NCBI GenBank assembly: GCA_020633235.1
Contig: JACKEA010000011.1
Span: 7,979 to 71,978, forward strand
Length of the DNA: 64,000 nt
Direction: 5' to 3'
Source: Polyangiaceae bacterium
GTDB taxonomy: Bacteria > Myxococcota_A > Polyangia > Polyangiales > Polyangiaceae
The notes under the pieces are model-generated. The model had not been told where the DNA came from. It saw only the letters and a program-made list of their open reading frames with translations, and ran no database searches. Below, one piece after another: positions 9,230 through 17,592 of the stretch (positions are counted from its first letter, which is position 1; the number at the start of each line of letters is the position of its first letter). A program made the translations under genes and the position numbers.

Positions 9230-9565
9230 ATGGGCATCGATGGCATCGGCAAGCCCCCGGGCGCGGGCATCCCCCCGGTTCAGGGGCCGGGCAAGGTCGG
9301 CGGCACCGGCGAGACGTTCAAGGTCGACAAGCCGGCAGCGGCGGAAGGTGCGGGGCCCAGCGAGGCCTTGAGTCGGCTGCAGCGCGGAGAGATCGGCTTG
9401 GACGAGTATCTGGATTCCAGCGTGACTCAAGCGACCCAGGCCCTCGAAGGGAAGCTGTCCCCGGAGCAGCTCGAGTTCGTGAAGAGCTCGCTCCGGGAGC
9501 AGCTTTCCAGCGATCCCGTGTTGGTCGATCTCGTGCGCAAGGCCACTGGCATCGCTCCAGGTTGA
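9230..9565 (+). CDS. hypothetical small protein (Gly/Pro-rich N-terminus, helical C-terminus)
   Basis: 111-aa ORF, 46 nt downstream of the previous gene on the same strand. I recognise no family. Confidence 0.5.
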   Translation: MGIDGIGKPPGAGIPPVQGPGKVGGTGETFKVDKPAAAEGAGPSEALSRLQRGEIGLDEYLDSSVTQATQALEGKLSPEQLEFVKSSLREQLSSDPVLVDLVRKATGIAPG

Positions 9566-9596
9566 GGAGATCTTTCCGGCCTGCTAATTCCGAAGC

Positions 9597-12239
9597 GTGG
9601 CGCGCCAACGCGAGCGACTCTATTCGCTGATCGAAGTGGTCGCCGAAGGCGCCCGCGTTCAGGATTTCGGTCGCGCCGCGGTGGCGCTGGCGGACGCACA
9701 GCGCCGCGGTCTGCCGGTGGCCCCGGGCTGGGTGCTGCCCACGACGGCGTTCCGCGAGGTCGTCGACGGCGCTTTGCCTCCAGGGCACGACCCCGCTTCC
9801 CTGTTGCGGTCGATCCACAAACCGAGCGGCGTGGAACGGGCGGCGCGGGCTCGCGAGCGGCTAGCCACCGGGAGTCTCCCGCAAGGCGTGCTCGACGTTT
9901 TCGGCGAGCTGCTTTCGGAGCAAGGGGCGCCGGAGTGGGGCTGGGTGCTGCGACCAAGCGTGAACGTCGCCGACGACACCCTGGTGACGCTCGCGGGCCT
10001 CGACCTCGCGGAGTTGGTGCCGGGGGGCATCGACGAAGTGGCGCGGGCGGTGCGGGAGCTGTGGGCCCGGGCCTTCGAGGAGCGAGTGCTGCACACCTTG
10101 CGGGACCGCAAGGTACGGGACTTCGCCATTGGCATCGTGATCCAACGCCAAGAAGCGGCCGTTGCCCACGGCTTGGCGCTCAGCGTCGAGCCGGCCCGGC
10201 TCTGGCGCTTCTCGCCGGAGCTCAACGACGACCCACGCGCGGAGAGCGGAGAGGCGGGGCCATGGGCGGTGGTTGCCGCCCATGGCGCGCGAGCCTCCGT
10301 GGTGGACGGCGTCGCGCTGCGCGACGCTCTCGTGCTCGAGCACGACGGCGCGGAGCGCGCCGTGAGCATCGCCAACAAGCCGACCGCCATCGTGATCGAA
10401 GACGGCAAGGTGACGCACGCGGACGTGGAGCCCGCTCGCCGGCGTGAGCTGGCGCTCACTCCCTCCGCGCGCGCCGACCTCGACTCCGCCGTGAAGCGTC
10501 TCGATGCCACGGAGCCCGTCGTCGTGGAGTTCGACGTCACGCGGGGTGCCACGCTGCGCGTCGTGGCTGTGCAAAGCGCCGTGGGGCAGGGCTTCCCCAG
10601 CGGGGGCGCGGCGGACACGGTGTGGTCGCGCTCGGGCCTGGACGCGCTGCTGCCGCGGGTGCCGACGCCCCTCACCGGCGCGCTCATAGAGCGCTTCAGC
10701 GAGGCGAGCCTGCGCAACGCCGTGCGGGAGCTGGGCGGCAAGATGTCGCGCAGCGCCCAGCTCGTGATGAGCGTGCACGGTCGACCCTACTTCAATCTGT
10801 CGGCGCTGTTGCCGGTGGCGCGCACGCTGCCGGGCATCGATCCGCACAGCTTGCTCGAGCTCGTGCGCGGAGCAGCGGACGACGACGTGGCCGCTGCCCT
10901 CGGGGCGCAGTGGAAGTCGCCGTCGCTGGCGGCGCTCTCTCTCGCGGCGGCGCGGCTCTTGGCGCGGCAGAAGCGACTATCGGACGAGGTCACGCGCTAC
11001 GAGCGCGAGGCAGAGCAGCAGCGGCGCTGGCTCGCCGAAATGGATCTCGCGATCCTGCCGGACGATTCCCTGAAGACCACGCTTCGGGAGACGCAGGCGT
11101 TCTTCCGACAGACGGCGCGCCTGCTGCTCGGAAGCACGCTCACGTCGCTCTCGGTGCACTTGGTGCTGCGCGCGCTCATCGCCCGCAGCTTGCCCGCGGA
11201 AGCGTCGCGCTTGGCGCACGCCGTGACCGCCGGGGTGGGGGAGCTGGAAACCAGCAAGCCCGCCCTGGCCCTCTCGCACGTGACGGAGATCCTGCGCGCC
11301 GACGCCCCGGCCAAGGACGCGATCCTCTCCGGCGCCAGCGACGTCGCGGCACTGCCGGCGGGCCCGGGCAAGAAGGCGCTCTTGTCGTGGTTCGATGCCT
11401 ACGGCGATCACGCGGTGGTGGAGGCGGAGCTCGCAAGCCCGCGATGGTTCGAGACTCCCGGTGCCGTGCTGTCCATGGTCGCCGCTGCGCTGGGCTCGCT
11501 GGCGGTGGATTCGGAGCAGCGCATGAGCCACGTGCGCGTGGATGCGGACCGCGAGCTCGCGACGTTGGAAGCGCAGCTGTCCTATGTGGAGGCCGTGCTG
11601 CTCCGCAGTCTGGTGACGCGCAGCCGTGCGCTGCTGCGTCTGCGCGAGCAGATGCGCGCGTGGTTCGCCCGCACCGTGGCCATGATGCGGCGCGTGGTGC
11701 TCGACGTGGATCGTCGGTTGTGTCGTCTGGACTCGCGCTTGCCGCGCGGCGCGGCCTTTTTCTGCACGCCCCTCGAGCTGTCCAGCGCCGTCGGCAACAG
11801 CCGGGCGGACCTGGCGGCCATCGTGCTTTCTCGCAAAGCGAGCTGGCAGCGCGATCAAATGCGGGCGGATCCGCCGGAGATCTTCGTGGGCTGTGCGCCG
11901 CCCTTCAGTGTGCCGTCGAGCCGCGCGTTGAGTGGGGAGCCGACCAGCGGCAAGGCCGCCACGGGGGTGGTGCGCATCGTGGACGGCCAGCGCTCACCGG
12001 CGCACCCCGGGCAGGTGTTGGTGATGCGCTCCCTCGACGTCGGGTTCGCGCCGCAGTTCGTCAACGCCGCGGCGTTGGTGGCGGAGTGCGGCGGCACGCT
12101 GTCCCACGGCGCCGTGCTCGCGCGGGAGCTCGGGGTGCCCGCCGTGGTGGGCGTCGCCGACGCGCGCACCGTGCTCGAAGACGGCGATCGCGTCCGGGTG
12201 GACGGCGAGCGCGGCGTCGTCGAGCGGGTGACCGAGTGA
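9597..12239 (+). CDS. PEP-utilising enzyme family protein (pyruvate-water dikinase / rifampin phosphotransferase-like architecture)
   Basis: 880 aa. It has an N-terminal PPDK_N-type ATP-grasp (RRGLPVAPGWVLPT) and a C-terminal swivelling His domain (ECGGTLSHGAVLARELGVPAVVG). Confidence 0.85.
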   Translation: MARQRERLYSLIEVVAEGARVQDFGRAAVALADAQRRGLPVAPGWVLPTTAFREVVDGALPPGHDPASLLRSIHKPSGVERAARARERLATGSLPQGVLDVFGELLSEQGAPEWGWVLRPSVNVADDTLVTLAGLDLAELVPGGIDEVARAVRELWARAFEERVLHTLRDRKVRDFAIGIVIQRQEAAVAHGLALSVEPARLWRFSPELNDDPRAESGEAGPWAVVAAHGARASVVDGVALRDALVLEHDGAERAVSIANKPTAIVIEDGKVTHADVEPARRRELALTPSARADLDSAVKRLDATEPVVVEFDVTRGATLRVVAVQSAVGQGFPSGGAADTVWSRSGLDALLPRVPTPLTGALIERFSEASLRNAVRELGGKMSRSAQLVMSVHGRPYFNLSALLPVARTLPGIDPHSLLELVRGAADDDVAAALGAQWKSPSLAALSLAAARLLARQKRLSDEVTRYEREAEQQRRWLAEMDLAILPDDSLKTTLRETQAFFRQTARLLLGSTLTSLSVHLVLRALIARSLPAEASRLAHAVTAGVGELETSKPALALSHVTEILRADAPAKDAILSGASDVAALPAGPGKKALLSWFDAYGDHAVVEAELASPRWFETPGAVLSMVAAALGSLAVDSEQRMSHVRVDADRELATLEAQLSYVEAVLLRSLVTRSRALLRLREQMRAWFARTVAMMRRVVLDVDRRLCRLDSRLPRGAAFFCTPLELSSAVGNSRADLAAIVLSRKASWQRDQMRADPPEIFVGCAPPFSVPSSRALSGEPTSGKAATGVVRIVDGQRSPAHPGQVLVMRSLDVGFAPQFVNAAALVAECGGTLSHGAVLARELGVPAVVGVADARTVLEDGDRVRVDGERGVVERVTE

Positions 12240-13090
12240 AGCGACGGGAGGTGCGGCGCGCCGTGGAGCACGACGAGCCCCTCGGCGCGCTGCTCGCGCG
12301 CCTTGGCGAGCACGCGGCCCTGGCGGAGGGCCGCGTGTTCGTCTCCGGGCGGCGTATGAGCGCGCGCCATCATTTGCTGCGCGCGGGCGACGTCGTCGAG
12401 ATCCGCGCGCCGCGCGAGACGTCTGCGGAGGTGACGCTCCTCGCCCGAGACGCCGGGCTCGTGGCTGCCCACAAGCCGCCGGAGCTCCCCACGGAGCCGG
12501 ACCGGCAGGGGCTCGCGTCGCTGTGCACCGCCGTGGCCGCCCAGCTCGGCGTGCCGCAGGTGCACGCCGCGTCGCGGCTCGACGTGGGCGTCAGCGGCGT
12601 GGTGCTGCTGGCGGCGGACGCCGCCGCGCGGCGGCGGCTGTCCGCCGCCAAGCAGCGCGGCGCCGTCGAGCGGCGCTATCTCGGCATCACGACGCGGCCG
12701 CCCGCGCCGCCCGAGGGCACCTGGACGGCTCCCGTCGCAGGGCGGAAGGCCGAAACTCGCTATCGCGTCTTGGCCACCGCAAAGGGCGCCGCGCTCGTCG
12801 CGTTCCAGCCCGTCACTGGGCGGCTGCATCAGATCCGCGTCCACGCCGCGGCCGCCGGCTGTCCGCTGCTCGGCGATCGCGCCCACGGCGGCCCGCCCCG
12901 CGTTGTGGCCGCCAACGGCTCCGTGCACGCGCTCCGGCGCATCGCACTGCACGCCGTCTGGGTCGGGCTCGACGACGGCTTCCGCGTTCATGCGCCCTTT
13001 CCCCCGGACCTGGTGGAGCTCTGGCGCACCGTCGGCGGAGATCCGCAGGCCTTGCCTGAGGGGCCCGAGCCGACCACGATGCGCGCGTGA
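12236..13090 (+). CDS. RluA-family pseudouridine synthase
   Basis: This is the 3' part of track ORF 10622..13090. GTG 12236 overlaps the previous stop (GTGA). It has the catalytic-Asp motif HAASRLDVGVSGVVLLA and the TGRLHQIRVH motif. Confidence 0.8.
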   Translation: MKRREVRRAVEHDEPLGALLARLGEHAALAEGRVFVSGRRMSARHHLLRAGDVVEIRAPRETSAEVTLLARDAGLVAAHKPPELPTEPDRQGLASLCTAVAAQLGVPQVHAASRLDVGVSGVVLLAADAAARRRLSAAKQRGAVERRYLGITTRPPAPPEGTWTAPVAGRKAETRYRVLATAKGAALVAFQPVTGRLHQIRVHAAAAGCPLLGDRAHGGPPRVVAANGSVHALRRIALHAVWVGLDDGFRVHAPFPPDLVELWRTVGGDPQALPEGPEPTTMRA

Positions 13091-13746
13091 CCCTGCGTCC
13101 CGCTCTCGTCCTGCTCGGGCTGTGCACTTTCGCTGCGTGCACCGCCGCTCGCTACGACAACAACACCGGACCGGGGGTCACGCTGCCGGCGCACTTCGCC
13201 GAGGGACGGAACGAACCGGCCGCGGACGCCGGGGCGGACGCTGCGCCCAAGCTGGTCGAGCCCGAGCCGAAGGGCAGCTTGCCGGACCCCGAGGCGCTGC
13301 ACGAAGCGCGGCAGTGGGAGTACGACATCCTCTACGACCACGGCAAGGTGAGCGTGCAGAAGGTGCGCTTGCTGCACTACTCCACGCCGGTTCCGAGCCA
13401 GCGCCACATGGGGCGCTACGCCATCGAGCTGTGGATCGGCAAGGAGCTGGTCGATCGCATCCGCTTCGACTTTCCGCTGCTCGGTGCCGAGGAGCCCGAG
13501 AAGAAGCGGAAGCCGCTCCATGCGCCGCCGACCTTCGCGGCGGGCGCGGTGGTCACACGCAAGGTGTTGGTGCCGGCCAGCGCGCGCGCCACCCGTGCGT
13601 TGCTGGTCGACCGCGCGACCGGAGAGCAGCAGATCCTGCCGTGGCCCCCGGACGCGCCGCTCGGCCCGCCGCGCACGAAAATGCCGCCGAAAAAAGCCGT
13701 CCCCGACGCGGGTGCTCCGGACTCCGGTCCCACCCCTGACGAGTGA
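13087..13746 (+). CDS. lipoprotein, function unknown
   Basis: GTG 13087 overlaps the rluA-like stop. It has a signal peptide with lipobox LCTFAAC. Confidence 0.65.
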   Translation: MTLRPALVLLGLCTFAACTAARYDNNTGPGVTLPAHFAEGRNEPAADAGADAAPKLVEPEPKGSLPDPEALHEARQWEYDILYDHGKVSVQKVRLLHYSTPVPSQRHMGRYAIELWIGKELVDRIRFDFPLLGAEEPEKKRKPLHAPPTFAAGAVVTRKVLVPASARATRALLVDRATGEQQILPWPPDAPLGPPRTKMPPKKAVPDAGAPDSGPTPDE

Positions 13747-13795
13747 CGACCGAAGCTAGCGCGCCGACCCCCCTTCGTGCGACGCTTACGCCGCC

Positions 13796-15547
13796 ATGAA
13801 TTGTGAGGCCTGTGGGCACGAAAACGTCGACGGTGCGCGGTTTTGCGCGAAGTGCGGCGCGTTGATGCCGGTCCAGGAGGCAGAGGCCGAAGACGCGATG
13901 ATCGGCCAGATCGTCGGCGGCCGCTATCGGGTCACCGGCGTGCTGGGCGAAGGCGGCATGGGCGTCGTCTACATCGGCGAGCAGCAGATGGGCTCCACCG
14001 TTCGCAAGGTCGCGATCAAGACCTTGCATCCCCATCTCTCCAAGGACCCCTCGGTTCTGGCGCGTTTCCACCGCGAGTGCGGCACCGTTGCTCAGCTCGA
14101 GCATCCGAACACCATCAAGTTCTACGACTTCGGCTCCACGGCGGACGGAACGCTGTACATCGCCATGGAGTTCGTCAAAGGCGAGCCTCTGATGGACGTG
14201 ATCGAGAAGGGCGGGCCCATGGCACCGGACCGCGTCCTCAAGATCATGAAACAGGTCTGCGGTGCCCTGGACGAAGCCCACAAGCAGGGCATCATCCACC
14301 GCGATCTGAAGCCCGAGAACATCATCCTCACGGATCGCGCGGGCGAAAAAGACTTCGTAAAGGTGCTGGATTTCGGCATCGCCGCGCGCTCGGAGTCCGC
14401 GGACGCGCAGAAGGAGCAGAAGCTCACGCAACAGGGCATGGTGCTCGGAACGCCGCCCTACATGAGCCCCGAGCAGTTCACGGGCAAGGCGCTCGACATG
14501 CGGAGCGACATCTACTCGCTCGGCGTCATGACCTACGAGATGCTCACCGCGCGGCTGCCCTTCGAGGCCGATACCCCGTGGCAGTGGGCCACACAGCACA
14601 TGACCGCCCAGCCGCTGCCCTTCGAGGCCACGGCGCCCGCCACGAACATTCCGGAGCCGATGCGCAAGGCCATCCTCCGGTCCTTGTCCAAAGACCGGGA
14701 GGACCGCCAGGGGACCGCCAAGGAGTTCTTCAGTGATCTGTCCAGCGGTGGCGGCATCACCGTGGACGAGGTCGCGCCCCAGTCCCTCGGCAGCGCGGGC
14801 ACCGCGGCCATGGCCGCCGCCCCCGATTTCGCCGCCATCAGCGCGGGCGGTGGCGGCGGGCCGGCATCCCCCGCACCCATGTCCCCTCCCGTGCACGCTC
14901 CCGCCATGCAGCACAGCCCGCCGGCCGTGGCGGTGCCTCCGCCCCCTCCTGCCACGGGCAAGAGCGGTGGCGGCAAGGGCCTCATCTTCGGGCTCGCGGG
15001 CGTGGGCGCGATCCTGCTCATCGGCATCGTGGTGGTGGCAGCCCGCCAGATGAAGTCCGACTCCAACGACGATCAGCCCCTGACCAACCCCTTCACCAGC
15101 GCGTCCAGCGGTCAGACCAGCATCGCCCCGCAGGTGGACCCCGCCAGCTCCGGCAGCGCCAACACGCCCGACACTCCTGATACGCCGGACACCACACCCA
15201 CGGCCAACACCAGCAAGCCGCCGACCACCAACACCGGCAGCAAGCCGCCGACCACCACCACCGGCAGCAAGCCGCCAGCCACCAACACCGCCGCCTGTGA
15301 CAGCTGCATTTCCGCGGCCCAAAGTGGAAATATCTCCGGCGCTGCCAGCTACTATCGCAGCTGCACCGACGCCGGAAAGAAGGCCTCGTGCAGCGCTCGT
15401 GCCCGCGCCGCTGCCCCCGCCGCCGCCAAGCGGGCGGCCCTCAACGGCCAGTGCGGCCAGGCCAAGGCCATCATCGGCGCCGCCAACGCCATGGGCGCGT
15501 CGAGCGGTCAGCTCAGCGGCGCCCTCAACGGCACCAGCTGCAAATAG
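13796..15547 (+). CDS. Ser/Thr protein kinase with N-terminal zinc ribbon, TM segment and Thr/Pro-rich tail
   Basis: Zinc ribbon CEACGHENVDGARFCAKCG. Kinase motifs GEGGMGVVY, VAIK, HRDLKPEN, DFG and SPEQ are all present. Confidence 0.9.
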   Translation: MNCEACGHENVDGARFCAKCGALMPVQEAEAEDAMIGQIVGGRYRVTGVLGEGGMGVVYIGEQQMGSTVRKVAIKTLHPHLSKDPSVLARFHRECGTVAQLEHPNTIKFYDFGSTADGTLYIAMEFVKGEPLMDVIEKGGPMAPDRVLKIMKQVCGALDEAHKQGIIHRDLKPENIILTDRAGEKDFVKVLDFGIAARSESADAQKEQKLTQQGMVLGTPPYMSPEQFTGKALDMRSDIYSLGVMTYEMLTARLPFEADTPWQWATQHMTAQPLPFEATAPATNIPEPMRKAILRSLSKDREDRQGTAKEFFSDLSSGGGITVDEVAPQSLGSAGTAAMAAAPDFAAISAGGGGGPASPAPMSPPVHAPAMQHSPPAVAVPPPPPATGKSGGGKGLIFGLAGVGAILLIGIVVVAARQMKSDSNDDQPLTNPFTSASSGQTSIAPQVDPASSGSANTPDTPDTPDTTPTANTSKPPTTNTGSKPPTTTTGSKPPATNTAACDSCISAAQSGNISGAASYYRSCTDAGKKASCSARARAAAPAAAKRAALNGQCGQAKAIIGAANAMGASSGQLSGALNGTSCK

Positions 15548-15550
15548 TGG

Positions 15551-15612
15551 TTCCGCGGCGGACCGACATTCCCATGAACCTTGGGGATGGGTTTGTTGGA
15601 TCGGCGCGGAAA
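15551..15612. repeat. dispersed intergenic element: 19-bp core TTCCGCGGCGGACCGACAT plus degenerate inverted partner
   Basis: Exact core at 15551-15569, 3 nt after the kinase stop. The inverted partner tttgttggatcggcgcggaaa is at 15592-15612. Confidence 0.6.
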
Positions 15613-15848
15613 CAGCACTGGTTGCAGTGGTAACGGAACTGCGGAAATCCTGCGCAATGTCACAGAGTTGTGCGGTGTGTGGCTTTCTTGCAACACCGTT
15701 CCCTTGACCTATTTCCGGGAGCGTGGCTAGCTCCGTCCCGGTCGCTTCCGAGGAGGAGCCCCAGCTAGCTTAGGTTCTCCAGTCCGCGCTTTTCTGGGGG
15801 AAAGCACCCTGTTTTTGGGATTTTCGTCCACCTCGAAGGATTTGCTGA

Positions 15849-16121
15849 ATGAAGACCCGGATGACCTGGCAGAAGCTTTGCCGATCCGACGAGTTCAAGG
15901 GCCAGTGGGTGGCCCTCGACAACTGCCGCTACGACAAAGCCACGCTCCAGCCCATCGAGGGGGACGTGGTGGACTCGGACGAAGAGCTGGTCGAGCTCTG
16001 CAGCCGCCTGCGCGAAGTCGGGCGCGGGTCTTGCGCGATTCTGTTCTGCGAGGACGAGGTCCTGGTGGAATCACGCCCTGGACGCCGGCTGGCGACCTCC
16101 TCCGGCGACGTAGCCCGCTGA
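15849..16121 (+). CDS. small hypothetical protein
   Basis: 90-aa ORF with normal amino-acid composition (FKGQWVALDN...DEELVELCSRL). It abuts the stop of the convergent gene at 16122. Confidence 0.45.
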   Translation: MKTRMTWQKLCRSDEFKGQWVALDNCRYDKATLQPIEGDVVDSDEELVELCSRLREVGRGSCAILFCEDEVLVESRPGRRLATSSGDVAR

Positions 16122-16364
16122 TCAGCGGACGATTGGCTTCACGACGGCTTTGCCGTCCTTGATGACCACGTCGAAGTCGATCTTGCGATTTCCGTGCTGC
16201 TTTCGCAGCCGGTCCTCGGTGGCTCGGAGCGTCTTCGCCAAGCCGTCCACGCTGACCGCCTTGGGGTCGTTGGTGCGACGCTTGGCGTCCACCAGCCGTT
16301 GATGGAGCTCGCGCACGCGCTGGTCGGACATGGCGCCCTGACCGGCCGACGGCGCGGGACGAGC

Positions 16365-16436
16365 GGCGGGCTGCGGACGAGCGGCGGGCTGCGGACGAGC
16401 GGCGGGCTGCGGACGAGCGGCGGGCTGCGGACGAGC
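16365..16436 (-). repeat. 4 x 18-nt perfect tandem repeat (encodes AARPQP)
   Basis: ggcgggctgcggacgagc is repeated four times head to tail. Confidence 0.9.
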
Positions 16437-16620
16437 GGCCGGTGCGGCGGGGCGAGGCTGCGGCGCGGCCGCGGGCGCTGGGGTACTCCGGCCACGCTTG
16501 CCGGTGGGCGCACGGGAGCGGAGCCCGGCCGGGGTCGCGTGGGCGCGGAGCCCGGAATGCCGGGGATGGCGAGGGGCGCTGCGGCGGGCCGCCGAGGGGC
16601 GGCGCGAGTGGACGTGCGTT

Positions 16621-16900
16621 GCGGGGTGGCGGCTGCGGCGCGGTGCGGGGTTGGGGTTGCGGCTGCGGCGCGGTGCGGGGTTGCGGCTGCGGCGCGGTGC
16701 GGGGTTGCGGCTGCGGCGCGGTGCGGGGTTGCGGCGCGGTGCGGGGTTGCGGCTGCGGCGCGGTGCGGGGTTGCGGCTGCGGCGCGGTGCGCGGCTGCGG
16801 CGCGGCGCGGGGTTGCGGCTGCGGCTGCGGCGCGGCGCGGGGTTGCGGCTGCGGCTGCGGCGCGGTGCGCGGCTGCGGCGCGGTGCGCACTGGCAGCGGC
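16621..16900 (-). repeat. imperfect 18/24-nt tandem repeats encoding (PQ)nPRTA
   Basis: Units of the form ggggttgcggctgcggcgcggtgc recur about 12 times. Confidence 0.85.
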
Positions 16901-17592
16901 CGCGGCGTTTCCGCGTCCTGGCTGATCGTCTGCGGGGGCGCTCTCCGCGGGGGCGGCGTCACGGCGTCGAGGCCGTCGAGGTCCAAGTCCAGATCCAGTC
17001 GCCCCAGGCCCTGCTGCTGCCGGGGCGGCGGGCGCGACGCCCCCCGCGCGCTGGCGGGCTCCGCAGAGGCCGGCTTCGCCGCGATCGCCCCCAGGGCATC
17101 GTCCACGGCGCGTTTTGCCTCTTCCAGCGGATCGACGTTGCTCTCGAGCATCGCGGCGAGGTCTTCGGAGGCGGTGTCGGCGGCGCGCTTCGCCCGCTCC
17201 CGCGCTTCCGTCGCCTCTTTGCCCTTGGCCAACATGCCGAGGCGCTTGCGCGCGGCGATGGTCAGCGGCTCACCGCCGCCGAGCTTCTCCGCCTTGATCA
17301 GGTGGCGCTTGTACGTCCCATTCTCGATCTCACGGCAGATGCGCTGCCAGTACTGCTGGAACGTGTTGTAGCGCATCACGATCGTCTGCAGCTTGAAGCG
17401 CTTCGCGGTGTTGCGGAACTTCGCCCGCCGCAGCGTCCAGATGCGACGATCCACGTCCTTGCGCGCGACGGCGGGCTCGATCTTCTCGATGCCCAGGAAG
17501 TACTGCTCGTACAGGGCGCGCAGCCGCTCGAGGCGCGTCTCGAGCTCCTCGAGCTCGAAATCGATGTCGGCCTCGGAGCCTTCCATTCGAGG

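Larger units (their letters stand above)
16122..17586 (-). pseudogene. MXAN_5187-like protein, reading frame interrupted in Pro/Gln/Ala-rich repeat linker (frameshift or sequencing error)
   Basis: The N-terminal helical domain and PQPRTA repeats are in the frame of ORF 15895..17586. The globular C-terminal domain (MSDQRVRELHQRLVDAKRR...VVKPIVR) is in the frame of ORF 16122..16331, which stays open upstream through AARPQP repeats. The first frame turns into Arg-rich nonsense after about 16500. Confidence 0.6.

Noticed and set aside
9659-10847. Two long minus-strand ORFs (360 and 328 aa)
   Set aside because: They are antisense to the PEP-utilising enzyme gene. They are Ser/Arg/Ala-rich and carry no motifs.
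10622-12235. 5' two-thirds of track ORF 10622..13090
   Set aside because: It is an alternative frame of the PEP-utilising enzyme gene and is Arg/Ala/Gly-rich nonsense. RluA homology begins at GTG 12236.
8743-13746. A hidden type III secretion cluster around the needle-like ORF
   Set aside because: The neighbouring genes are a PEP-utilising enzyme, RluA and a lipoprotein. No SctN/V/R/S/T/U/C/J-like genes are present in the window.
13553-15322. 589-aa ORF on the minus strand
   Set aside because: It is antisense to a well-supported Ser/Thr kinase gene. Its Arg/Gly/Ala-rich composition is typical of spurious ORFs in high-GC DNA.
16365-16900. Possible CRISPR-like array because of many short direct repeats
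   Set aside because: The repeats are contiguous 18/24-nt units with no spacers. They translate to Pro/Gln/Ala-rich protein linker, so this is a coding tandem repeat and not CRISPR.
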